Source of the DNA: Candidatus Magasanikiibacteriota bacterium
GTDB lineage: Bacteria; Patescibacteriota; Patescibacteriia; Magasanikbacterales; UBA922
Assembly: GCA_003482855.1 (NCBI GenBank)
Contig: DMXO01000005.1
Location: forward strand, 10,736-74,735
Reading direction: 5' to 3'
DNA length: 64,000 bases
Of the stretch, positions 49,901-56,392 are shown piece after piece. Each line of letters opens with the position of its first letter. Within the stretch, counting starts at the first letter, position 1. The notes beneath the pieces are model-generated. The model was not told where the DNA came from. It was given only the letters and a program-made list of their open reading frames with translations, and made no database searches. Made by a program: the position numbers and the translations under genes.

Positions 49901-52588
49901 GGAGAAGTAGGGACATGTGGTGACGGTATCGTACAATGGCAACAGGGTGAGACCTGTGATCTTGGAGAAAACAATGGACAATACGGCAAATGCGATCCGC
50001 CGGGTGTTTCGAATGATTCAAGTACTCCTGTAAATGAATCTCTAGGTTGTCGCTCAGAGGGCAGGCTTGGAGGTTATTGTGGGGACAACAGTCTCAATCA
50101 ATCTGCCAATGGCGATCCGCTTGAGTTTTGCGATGAAATCAATGGCGTTTGTACATACATTACTGATGAAGGACAACTCATCAAACCAAAAGTTCAAATT
50201 GTATTGGATAGGTCGGGTTCAATGAAGTATTGTACTGATGGTACGCACAGTGGCAGCGAGGCGTGGTGTAATGGAATAGTGGATAATCCAAATAGCAGAT
50301 GGATATTGGCAAAGACAGGTCTGCAAAATATATTTGACGATTTTTCAAATTTTGCTCGATTTACGTTGCATGTTTTTTCTGCTGATTATTTGAGCACCAA
50401 AAAATGTGTGACGCAGATTGGTAGTGAGAATAATTTTATTACCCAGTTGGATGATATCGATCCATTGGGTGGCACGCCAACAAAAAATGCTTTGGAAGAT
50501 ATATATGATAAGAGGAATATTCTCTTTGGTACTGATCCTACAGTGCCTCGTACGGTTATTTTAGTGACAGATGGAGACCCGTCTGATGTTACGGGAGTTT
50601 GCACGGGTAATACTGTGGCGAATACAAAACAAGTGATTGAAGATTTAAGTAGAGAAGGTATTTCTACTTTTGTTGTCGGTTTTGGGGATGTAGGTGCAAC
50701 ACTCAGTAATAATCTCAATATATTTGCTGAAGCAGGAGGTACTGATAATCCTGGCAGTGAAGATAGATTTTATGAAGCAGATAGCCCAGATAGCCTTCTA
50801 AATGTGTTTGAACAAATTTTGGCCTGCCAGTCATACAGCAAGGTCAGGAGAGGTTCTTGCACATTTGATTGCCAGAATTTTGGTGGACATTGTGGCGATG
50901 GAGTTACTCAATGGGATTATGAAGAGTGTGATGATGGTAATACCAATAATATTGATGCGTGTCTGAGTAATTGTACGCTTAAATCAGGCGCAGTATGTGG
51001 AAATAACACAAAAGAGGGCACTGAACAATGTGATGATGGTAATAACACAGATGGAGATGGATGTACTGCAACCTGCGCTATAGAGATTACTGAGACTACT
51101 GATCCGTTTTGTGGTGACGGAGAAGAGAATCTGCCAGGAGAAAGATGCGATAAAGGTACAGAAAATGGAGTTGTCTGTATCCCAGAGTATAATGGCTCAT
51201 GTACGTATTGTACCGAGAGTTGTATTATAGAGACAGTGGATTCAGAAAAACGTTGTGGCAATGGGAAAGTTGACTATAACGGTTCCCAAGCTTTGGAAGC
51301 ATGTGATTATGTACTTGATGGTCAAGGTGCCCAATCCACCATATACATGGCTACTTCTACTTCAGCTGACGGGCAACTCTTGTGGACATGTAGTAATGAA
51401 TTGATTCTACAGCATTCTTCCGTAAATGAGATCCGTGGTTCTTTGTCATGCGATGATACATGTCAAACACTCAATACTGATAGATGTGTTCAGTGTGGGC
51501 TCAAAGAACTAGCCAAGGGTGGTGTGAAACCAAAGATGGCAGTACTTAATGTGATGACAGGGCAACCGGGGGATTCAGATTGGGCAAATGTCGCGGGTAA
51601 TTCTATAGACGTTGAGTCTATATGGGAAGGTATGTATGCACGTTATTATAGATTGTCTCAAAGTGGAAATACGTCTGACCCTGGTTATATGGGGAGTGGC
51701 GCTTTGAAAGATGTTACACCATATACAGACCAACATATGGTTGCCTCTGGTGATAATGGCACTCTAAGTCAGGATGCATGGGGTATTGAAACAAATAAGC
51801 AGTGTTCTGATTTTTACAGTATTTATTATAATAAGAATACTATTAAACAAAAATTTTTTGGTGGCAGTGCCACTCTTACAGACTACTTAGCGAGCGGTAG
51901 TTATTTCCCATATCCAGTTGATGGCGAGGCAGGAGTAGTGGAGCGCGATTTCGTCGTATCTCCCGCAGTCAAATCCGGAGACATACGCGTGGTCGTGCGT
52001 TGGGATAGAAGCAAGGATCCCAGTGTTGATTTTGCCGGAGCATTTTGGCGAGATGGAAATGGCTTCTCTTCGTATTCAAGTGCGTTGAGCAATTCCAAAT
52101 TATGCAGAGCTATAACTCTTGCTACAGACGGATATTGGAAACCGGATCCTGTTGATCCTGCTTGTGTTTCAAATATAGATAAAGCGTGGACACATTTTTA
52201 TGTCAAAGGTAATGACATAGGAGTACAGTCATATACATTTAGTCTTGATGGCAATACGAATCATAAGGCTATAGGTTTTGTCGTTATGTCGCCCAATGGT
52301 CCTATAGGTCAGTATCTTGATTATGACATATGGGTAGATGTATATTTACCGTATGCCAACCAAGTGCCCGCCTATTCTATATATAAGCCAGCAACATTTC
52401 ATATTAGCCAAGCAGAGTCATCAGACAACACAATGTCTTTGTATTGGCATGTGTTCAATATCGTAAAAGCAGGGAATATATATGTTCCAGTTGATGCATA
52501 TTCTTCAGACAATAGCGGTGGTACTATAGAAACAGATCTATGTCAGGTTCGTGAAAATATGCCGAGTACTACTAAATGTCAATTTTAG
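40913..52588 (+). CDS. Giant surface protein (3891 aa): VirB2/TrbC-pilin-like N-terminal module plus IPT/TIG-like, Ig-like, more than 10 Myxococcus-type Cys-rich repeats (CGDG...EECDDGN...DGC) and a vWA domain
   Basis: The N-terminal ~130 aa are paralogous to ORF 38680. IPT-like GASGNWVTIQGKGFG / GSYITIYGSNFG. Cys-rich repeats around 46.4-47.1 kb and 49.7-51.3 kb. vWA domain with a MIDAS motif (VLDRSGSM...T...VTDGDP) at ~50.2-50.7 kb. Confidence 0.7.
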   Translation: MMKSSRKTLLLGLLLSFVLGGFLFYVSPIFGQTTDTFGVAPIDQNLILGQSDIRVTVVKIINIALGLLGIVALGIVLYGGFVYMTAGGAEDKVATARKILVNGTIGLVIILSAFAITRFVLNKLIQATGANTTTENLDGSCSEPGTPYYEKYHGTVVCDAFCNLYQSQCCYAEHFVVKSITPSTPSAGDTTDMYNIIIRALFSNEVAGPANQVLQIFKKNGTQKENITDQFSFNYDGNGTIVEAILNGHVCDETLYPSEHCFDPGEYEVLVMNVKDKQGNELEAQTDCGTFPKDASFKTGERTRDQLIFMTPASAGGPYDVGQYTLLTALKEVDITHGIEQVWNPFDTQSGCVVTGNWRRITEVPGHEGDTGFVEIIDSERQLRQYPIYVVSANENANVTCSGSVIGVTQVRFETYTPTSSLVTGLIYVQGKTDDDEVDLQRVYQETDISGWKKVGGDGHTYTLGNYDDFVDKTPPVVDPLTANGTAGDGVRLVQGIEYPFVTTLRDTNGNAYGDLHIYKQGSASAILDEFIDGPRVLDGSSGPFVVNYGFRVPYSFEFNTNYVAEIRAYDIDSNETLEQIVFRVVPEYCDEPEHAEDPVCIGSNGTCKVQADCAAWLKCLDTDGSLCQTGDTLCECTSWPYIESVTPLNGASGNWVTIQGKGFGDEEGSLAFNYVDGNSDKDYEDAGDTRTSMNLAQCRGTDVWKDTWIIAEVPVQAGTDLPAPNISVRHTTTGYTDYTTDDFGPVVGTFTYNDTKRPGLCSVQVSEDTAFPLVDGTVTVFTASSTYGVPSTPIQAFGKGFGSYATNNVLDFGGVAASVGSGSWSEEIITSVVPFVSPGRIAVSVVASSGERSNPVPFDVYSLQDLNPPVITAIDPATTTPGSYITIYGSNFGNNQGIVKIGGLPSAALPEYCGDTWSDTQIVVKVPSTILDASGTSEVLPVVVERTDNGLKSNGSDKAGIIVGPPRPSICKLDPETGPAPLSGSNRLTLKGENFSASPNIYFWGPESTSTVMSTWLYESFASGRIVNEVADKHITTPIPVNTLKGYSMVTGPIHVISTTGELSNSVRYNVTDCREPNAGTISGFQCCTEGKEAGRWKHDSFICEGGTRDAGYVWRMTTGKIPDQFFVVESCSESAPSPTPWESWPQGKVACLNAQLQARFSLPVDPDTVGIGTINTANVGVFTCGQGQTADCISARQNVSPNFTSDIWGSDMFVLRPIAGDLQPNTWYRIAFSQNVASLREEMRLGVSVTTTENLLATRPCDTDGDGTLDAAYCFDFRTGDVDEICTLVGAGMYKDEYTTKMLGVVQDSRYGKIYQLNKIFDPYDPDIHPLYYFVYGIANQECTVINVDNKPWDWGDDENTPATGHKFPGDSYVHSRGVAKAWEHYPEGYDIFAYIDENQDLEPEGPTGPTVVDVLQLAGVEYANGYDDGRALLPGDTIDDVNLNFSESFNIRFDFSITDIDAMNANYHYLLGSDAFFVYLNRQAEAFISLFYLTSGGNSLYLDDPDAVDILVEGQRYVYEIDFNKQDMLLRLLRDGNVVNSVQVTAQMEMAQIPSSGTVWAHDNTIIDLLKMYDLEITKGEETSGQGPDISRITATSTLYIDLGDPKVLSKWPLCIEACINAEIGAQFDQIMDMTTYANHIQLFECNNGETCTSLTEIPVTIADSSSETIVRAYADPPGDAYYLEKNTWYLVKILDGIHAIGSAKYGEDGTIIQGVQGKSVVPTQWKFRTKNSEEPCVIDNVQLYPDPFTATYIGQKQQYTALPKGAPDACSPYGQFLNPWDYGWEWDVAHDHIATTTNFSMSTVFNKACTINCLPAGSDITKGSYTTYPICGNGVIDVGEDCDIASTTPRTNQGGAPSIAENPGISCSYICLRPGNGNKGEPGTEGVCGNGIADYYQGEECDFNDPQLIIIDSDGNERDYRPYCSDTCQWTGSTPEKTGELAKPVCGSSGVTPGEDCDISDDTTKIGCSSVCLHSGTPLMQHWCDTAPASAQSACKYATSVCGNGELELGEECEVGINDATVSECSDWCLLKNVCDSSLKQCDYEDDEGCAPDCTWLGSSILYSQSSLCWDGVAGIGEYAGSNAFAPYLSCEVSPTQAHNPLGGNPVQLVTAKGEVPPEGTTDTGLIDEDGDDIAELQRTQIFADPTTYRNPDGSVSSTVGDIEGAGQYSLQCGYTEYTEQQIEEEEYTTLNDCPQNTQNRFGVASNSCCYIRPERVDQYPAVNQGISDSNSVCRNTYLEVEFNHVMDTTSFTNNTYVVQGYEETLYPDFSCAEHGGEDITLAMNTMLGISPDIAPQGFWSKVWHGIKTFFVKLFSRDAYAVEPNAGLSGTITWCKSDIKLDNAVFPVLDEDGETTASKAALYLNKALDENVYVAVMLEGGATKIRDTEGVGIRKPFSGYEGTDYWIFRTGSEICKIDHINVEPSGYLFRTPESQRIFEAQVISNTGGQLIVPIPDVYYWEWAWHPQNNPIFNIPSDNHPYTNVTTKGVEGHLNAMGQAEVTVDIFEENNQLGQKFNDLFDLTAFFCVNPWPHMDTSIQGTTQATIDPGFFEEEQYHFSMLYCADDGNPLTISDDLPLFDNILAVTNLADLGGGGDATTDTLLRYLLFSSTTEDVIGIQIFDNPPKSDGSRQTLDEWYTKRFENIGAMQRTSVADFDALTDGSNFYINVYDFSQTAPTDIGIVHNYVYLFSVDVNANIQTKKAFEQIIGLLEVNTNFTDWGKCLDNNVPHHTYTQIPVRTHDDDIVEVDCVTDFDCLNSEGIPLSETGLETNGVCSNQKTKFLRDIKRLQDLRTAQFKIDDYFNNAFGTPDFVGGLESGSFIQGYTNSKWQTSWGRLSSYMGGLPIDPINVWVGCSDHDSETCWNSVSSTFKCPQAAQVYEYKYNDAAESYYLFAPFEFFKSSDPFVSQFIDTSNIVFGRSCLPGDVAAAYQGTCGDGIVNPALEECDPPEKEKIVHQTYNGSGQIISCSANQYAIATCSDICEWNYGACTLGEVGTCGDGIVQWQQGETCDLGENNGQYGKCDPPGVSNDSSTPVNESLGCRSEGRLGGYCGDNSLNQSANGDPLEFCDEINGVCTYITDEGQLIKPKVQIVLDRSGSMKYCTDGTHSGSEAWCNGIVDNPNSRWILAKTGLQNIFDDFSNFARFTLHVFSADYLSTKKCVTQIGSENNFITQLDDIDPLGGTPTKNALEDIYDKRNILFGTDPTVPRTVILVTDGDPSDVTGVCTGNTVANTKQVIEDLSREGISTFVVGFGDVGATLSNNLNIFAEAGGTDNPGSEDRFYEADSPDSLLNVFEQILACQSYSKVRRGSCTFDCQNFGGHCGDGVTQWDYEECDDGNTNNIDACLSNCTLKSGAVCGNNTKEGTEQCDDGNNTDGDGCTATCAIEITETTDPFCGDGEENLPGERCDKGTENGVVCIPEYNGSCTYCTESCIIETVDSEKRCGNGKVDYNGSQALEACDYVLDGQGAQSTIYMATSTSADGQLLWTCSNELILQHSSVNEIRGSLSCDDTCQTLNTDRCVQCGLKELAKGGVKPKMAVLNVMTGQPGDSDWANVAGNSIDVESIWEGMYARYYRLSQSGNTSDPGYMGSGALKDVTPYTDQHMVASGDNGTLSQDAWGIETNKQCSDFYSIYYNKNTIKQKFFGGSATLTDYLASGSYFPYPVDGEAGVVERDFVVSPAVKSGDIRVVVRWDRSKDPSVDFAGAFWRDGNGFSSYSSALSNSKLCRAITLATDGYWKPDPVDPACVSNIDKAWTHFYVKGNDIGVQSYTFSLDGNTNHKAIGFVVMSPNGPIGQYLDYDIWVDVYLPYANQVPAYSIYKPATFHISQAESSDNTMSLYWHVFNIVKAGNIYVPVDAYSSDNSGGTIETDLCQVRENMPSTTKCQF

Positions 52589-52607
52589 AAAAGGGTAAAT
52601 AATTTTT

Positions 52608-53069
52608 ATGCACACGACAAGAAATATTTTATTCATAGTTGCTCTTATTTTTCTTTTGGGATTGGGTGTGTTTTACATATTCTTTTTTATGAAGAAACCC
52701 ATGCCTATACAGCAAACAAATAATGATATACAACAAGTGGATACTACAAATAAGATACAACAGCAGATACAAGAAACAACAGGAATGGACGTATCAATAA
52801 ATCTAGATGATTTCAAACCCTCATCTCCAAAAGAAATGCCTGAGTGGTATGCCACAGACAAAGATGAAGATGGTCTAACCGATGAAGAAGAACAAAGACT
52901 TGGTACAAATGTATGGGAACCAGATAGTGATGGGGATGGATTGCCCGATAAGGTAGAAATAGAGAAATACAAGACAGATCCTATGAAACCAGATAGTGAT
53001 GGAGATACATACTGGGATGGATTGGAAATTACCAATGGATATAATCCGTTGGGAGAAGGGAAGATATAA
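52608..53069 (+). CDS. Small TM-anchored protein (153 aa) with a C-terminal triple dockerin/EF-hand-like Ca-binding repeat
   Basis: N-terminal TM; Q/N-rich linker. C-terminus DKDEDGLTDEEE...DSDGDGLPDKVE...DSDGDTYWDGLEITNGYNPLGEGK, with Dx(D/N)xDGxxDxxE loops. Confidence 0.55.
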   Translation: MHTTRNILFIVALIFLLGLGVFYIFFFMKKPMPIQQTNNDIQQVDTTNKIQQQIQETTGMDVSINLDDFKPSSPKEMPEWYATDKDEDGLTDEEEQRLGTNVWEPDSDGDGLPDKVEIEKYKTDPMKPDSDGDTYWDGLEITNGYNPLGEGKI

Positions 53070-53148
53070 TAGTCTTCCCAATGCCGTGATTGTAAGATAC
53101 CATGTAAGAATTCCAAGCGCTGTCTGTACTTTTATGGGATAGTAAATT

Positions 53149-53250
53149 CATCTAATTCACCTAATTTTCAATTCACCTAATAAAAATTTAAAATCAAAAT
53201 GCTAAAAAATGTATATTTTTTGAATTTTATTAGATGAGTTAGGTGAATTG
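53149..53250. repeat. MITE-like imperfect palindrome (family B copy)
   Basis: Arms CATCTAATTCACCTAATTTTCAATTCACCTAATAAAAA and TTTTTGAATTTTATTAGATGAGTTAGGTGAATTG. Shares words with the element at 21111-21242. Confidence 0.5.
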
Positions 53251-53344
53251 CAATTTAGCGAATTTATTAACTGTAAGAGCATAAACAACGCTCATAATTC
53301 TAACATTTTTATCCACGTGATTAATTATTATCCTATATTATTCT

Positions 53345-54331
53345 ATGTTTGATGATCAACAACCACAAAATTTGGGCAATGTACCAGGTAATCTCCCTAC
53401 GGGAGAGCCTGAAGATGTGTTTGCAAATATCGAGCTAGCATCATCTCGTCTAGCAGATGTACCATCCGACCCTGTTGCAGAGGAGCCCCTTGTCCCCACA
53501 AGTGCTCTTGGCGCGGGCATTTTGCGTCCCAAAGCAGTGGCTACCCCTACACCATTACCAGATACGTATGGCCCTGTAGAACCCCCTATGCCACCTATGA
53601 GACCGTCAACCGTTCCGGTAACGTCTCCAAATACAATCAATCAAACAGACGGTGGTGTGTTAGGGTCAAATAATGACATGGCGCCTGGCATGTTTGATAA
53701 TGTTGCTCCTTCTATGACTGTGCCACCACCAGGTATGACACCAAATGGTGGTAATCAAAACCAGATGTATGACCTCAAAGAACCTATAGGGAATAAGAAA
53801 ACTATTTTGTGGATTATTATTGTAGTTATTGTTGTGGTTTTGGGAGCTGGGAGCGTATGGATTTATACATCTTTTATGAGAGACAAAGATACATCTACCA
53901 ATGACTTTGATGTACCAACCGTGTCAGAGGGTTCTGTAGATGTAGAAAACACAGTCAATACATCGAATTCTTCTCTTGATACACAAAATGGTTCAACACA
54001 AACATCTGGACAAGATACGAATACTACGGGTAATAATACTACCGTAGATTTACAAGATAGAATTCTGTTTGGCGAGCCTATAGATACGGATGGTGATGGA
54101 CTTGATGATGTGCGTGAAGCTGATCTCGACACTGATCCGCTCAATTGGGATACTGACGGAGATGAGCTTGGCGATGGGGACGAGGTCACGATATGGAAGA
54201 CAGACCCGTTGGATTCTGATACAGATGGTGATACGTATTTGGACGGGGTGGAAATCAAAAATGGGTATAGTCCCACAGGCTCAGGCAAGTTGTTTGAACC
54301 ACCTACAAGCACTGACGGCATATCTCAATAA
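53345..54331 (+). CDS. TM-anchored protein (328 aa): Pro-rich N-terminal region, TM, S/T/N-rich linker, C-terminal triple dockerin-like repeat
   Basis: C-terminus DTDGDGLDDVRE...DTDGDELGDGDE...DSDTDGDTYLDGVEIKNGYSPTGSGK is paralogous to ORFs 52608 and 54334. Confidence 0.55.
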   Translation: MFDDQQPQNLGNVPGNLPTGEPEDVFANIELASSRLADVPSDPVAEEPLVPTSALGAGILRPKAVATPTPLPDTYGPVEPPMPPMRPSTVPVTSPNTINQTDGGVLGSNNDMAPGMFDNVAPSMTVPPPGMTPNGGNQNQMYDLKEPIGNKKTILWIIIVVIVVVLGAGSVWIYTSFMRDKDTSTNDFDVPTVSEGSVDVENTVNTSNSSLDTQNGSTQTSGQDTNTTGNNTTVDLQDRILFGEPIDTDGDGLDDVREADLDTDPLNWDTDGDELGDGDEVTIWKTDPLDSDTDGDTYLDGVEIKNGYSPTGSGKLFEPPTSTDGISQ

Positions 54332-54333
54332 AT

Positions 54334-55530
54334 ATGTTTTGGAGTAAACACGCGAAAAAAAATAAAGTGTCTTCTTCTGAAGGGGAATTATCCGCCGTTA
54401 TTTTGACTATTCCTGATATTTTTTATGGTGGGCAAGATCCTACTATTTATCATACTCAAGAAAAAGTAGGCCTGCATAGCAATAATGACATGTCTACATC
54501 TGCACAGGTAGACACAAAAAAGATTATACCACATAAGACTTCTATTTTTTCAGGAAAAAAAGTTTGGATTATTGGATCTATCTTTTTGGTTGTGGCCGTA
54601 GGTATTATTTCTTGGTATTATATTGCACAGTATCGCGGTGCTCAACAAATGCTCGCGCAGAAAAATCAGACCAACACTACTAGACAAACACAGCAAACGT
54701 CGACGACCACCACACGTGAAATTATACCGACTGCGACATCGACGGTGACTGTCACGAGTTCAAATGAATTGCCTCCTGCAACGAGTACACCATCACTTGT
54801 GTCTGCTTTTTTTGAGTTTCCTACCTCAGTATCAATAGATACCGCAGATTTGGATAGTGATAGTCTTACTGATATTGAAGAAGAACTTTTTGGCATAGAT
54901 AGTGGTACGTGGGATACTGATCAAGATGGGTATTATGATGGACAAGAAATATTTAATCTTTACAATCCTAAAGGATTTGCTCCCGTGAAGTTGATTGACT
55001 CAGGACTCGTACGAGAGTATATCAATCCTTTGGGGTATCGTATTTATTATCCCTTTTTTTGGCAGGAAGGCGATGTCGATCCACAGGAGAGACAAGTTTT
55101 ATTTAGTGCTATTTCAGGTGATTATATAGAAGTAAGGGTCTCACAAAAGGAACAGAATCAGTCTTTTGTCCAATGGTTTGGGAGAAATGCTGAGGGGCAA
55201 CGTTATGCTGATTTGGTTGAATTTGAAAATAGGTTCAAACAAAAGGGATATCGTAGGAAGGACAGTCTCGTTGCTTATTTTGATAGTGATACCTATGTGT
55301 ATATATGTATATATCACCCAAAGGATAGAGGACCTATTGCTTTTCGTCATGTGATGCAGATGATGTATCAGAGTTTTCGTATTCAAAAGACTGATATAGA
55401 TATACCAGATCAGGCGCCGTTGCCTGATGCCAATGCGTCAAGCACCACACGTTCGACAAGTACCATTTTTTCTACTGACACGGCTACAAACACACAGCCG
55501 GCTATAGGTACAACGTCGACAAATATATAA
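54334..55530 (+). CDS. TM-anchored protein (398 aa) with a degenerate dockerin-like repeat followed by a ~200-aa globular C-terminal domain
   Basis: TM at residues ~75-97; T/Q-rich linker; DLDSDSLTDIEE...DTDQDGYYDGQEIFNLYNPKG matches the motif of the two upstream paralogs. Confidence 0.5.
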   Translation: MFWSKHAKKNKVSSSEGELSAVILTIPDIFYGGQDPTIYHTQEKVGLHSNNDMSTSAQVDTKKIIPHKTSIFSGKKVWIIGSIFLVVAVGIISWYYIAQYRGAQQMLAQKNQTNTTRQTQQTSTTTTREIIPTATSTVTVTSSNELPPATSTPSLVSAFFEFPTSVSIDTADLDSDSLTDIEEELFGIDSGTWDTDQDGYYDGQEIFNLYNPKGFAPVKLIDSGLVREYINPLGYRIYYPFFWQEGDVDPQERQVLFSAISGDYIEVRVSQKEQNQSFVQWFGRNAEGQRYADLVEFENRFKQKGYRRKDSLVAYFDSDTYVYICIYHPKDRGPIAFRHVMQMMYQSFRIQKTDIDIPDQAPLPDANASSTTRSTSTIFSTDTATNTQPAIGTTSTNI

Positions 55531-55535
55531 ATAAT

Positions 55536-55988
55536 GTGGAGGAGAATGTTTTGTTTATGGAATGTCTTGTTTTTTCTTCTGTACAACGTGTTGAATTTTC
55601 CCGCAAGAAAATTGAACACGTTGTTTTATTTGTACTGAAACAAGTAAAGATAAATGGCTCGGTGAGTGTTCATCTCATAGGTGACAAAAAGATGAGATCA
55701 CTCAATGCTACATACCGAGGAAAAGACAGTACTACTGATGTTTTGTCTTTTGCCATGGGAGATAATAAAGAGCGTATATATGGTGGAGAAGACGAGCTGG
55801 GAGATATATTTATCTCCATTCCACAGATTAGACGCCAGGCATCTACATATAGAGTTCCTTATGCACAAGAATTTACACGTATGCTCGTGCACGGAGTTTT
55901 GCACATTGTAGGGTTTGATCACATACATGAAACAGACGCACAAAAAATGTTTTCTTTGCAAGAACATCTTATAACAGAGTGCATATGA
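55536..55988 (+). CDS. ybeY: rRNA maturation endoribonuclease YbeY
   Basis: Zn-binding motif HGVLHIVGFDH; 150 aa. The true start may be the internal Met at ~55557. Confidence 0.85.
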   Translation: MEENVLFMECLVFSSVQRVEFSRKKIEHVVLFVLKQVKINGSVSVHLIGDKKMRSLNATYRGKDSTTDVLSFAMGDNKERIYGGEDELGDIFISIPQIRRQASTYRVPYAQEFTRMLVHGVLHIVGFDHIHETDAQKMFSLQEHLITECI

Positions 55989-56359
55989 ATATCAAGAGAT
56001 TATTTCAAAGTTTTGTAAATGCATGGCGAGGGATCGTATTTACCTTTCGTCATGAACAAAATTTTAGAGTACAGCTTTTATTTTCTGTTATTGTTGTGAT
56101 AGGCATGTTTTTATTTCATCTGCGTTCGTATGAACGTATCGTTGTGCTTCTTTTGATAATACTGGTCATAGTCCTCGAATTGGTGAATACGACTATAGAA
56201 AAATTTCTTGATTTGATGAAGCCACGATTGCATACCCATGTGGAAGTGATAAAGGACGTGATGGCTGCTGCCGTACTTATTGCCTCGGTTGGTGCTTTGA
56301 TTATTGGATGTATTATTTTTATACCACATATTATAGTTGAGTTGTCAGTATTTTCATGA
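55979..56359 (+). CDS. dgkA: Diacylglycerol/undecaprenol kinase family (DgkA)
   Basis: 126 aa, 3 TM; conserved ELVNTTIE motif; overlaps the ybeY stop by 10 nt; conserved ybeY-dgkA adjacency. Confidence 0.8.
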   Translation: MHMNIKRLFQSFVNAWRGIVFTFRHEQNFRVQLLFSVIVVIGMFLFHLRSYERIVVLLLIILVIVLELVNTTIEKFLDLMKPRLHTHVEVIKDVMAAAVLIASVGALIIGCIIFIPHIIVELSVFS

Positions 56360-56392
56360 TATACTGCTCATAGCATATATAGTATTTATAGT

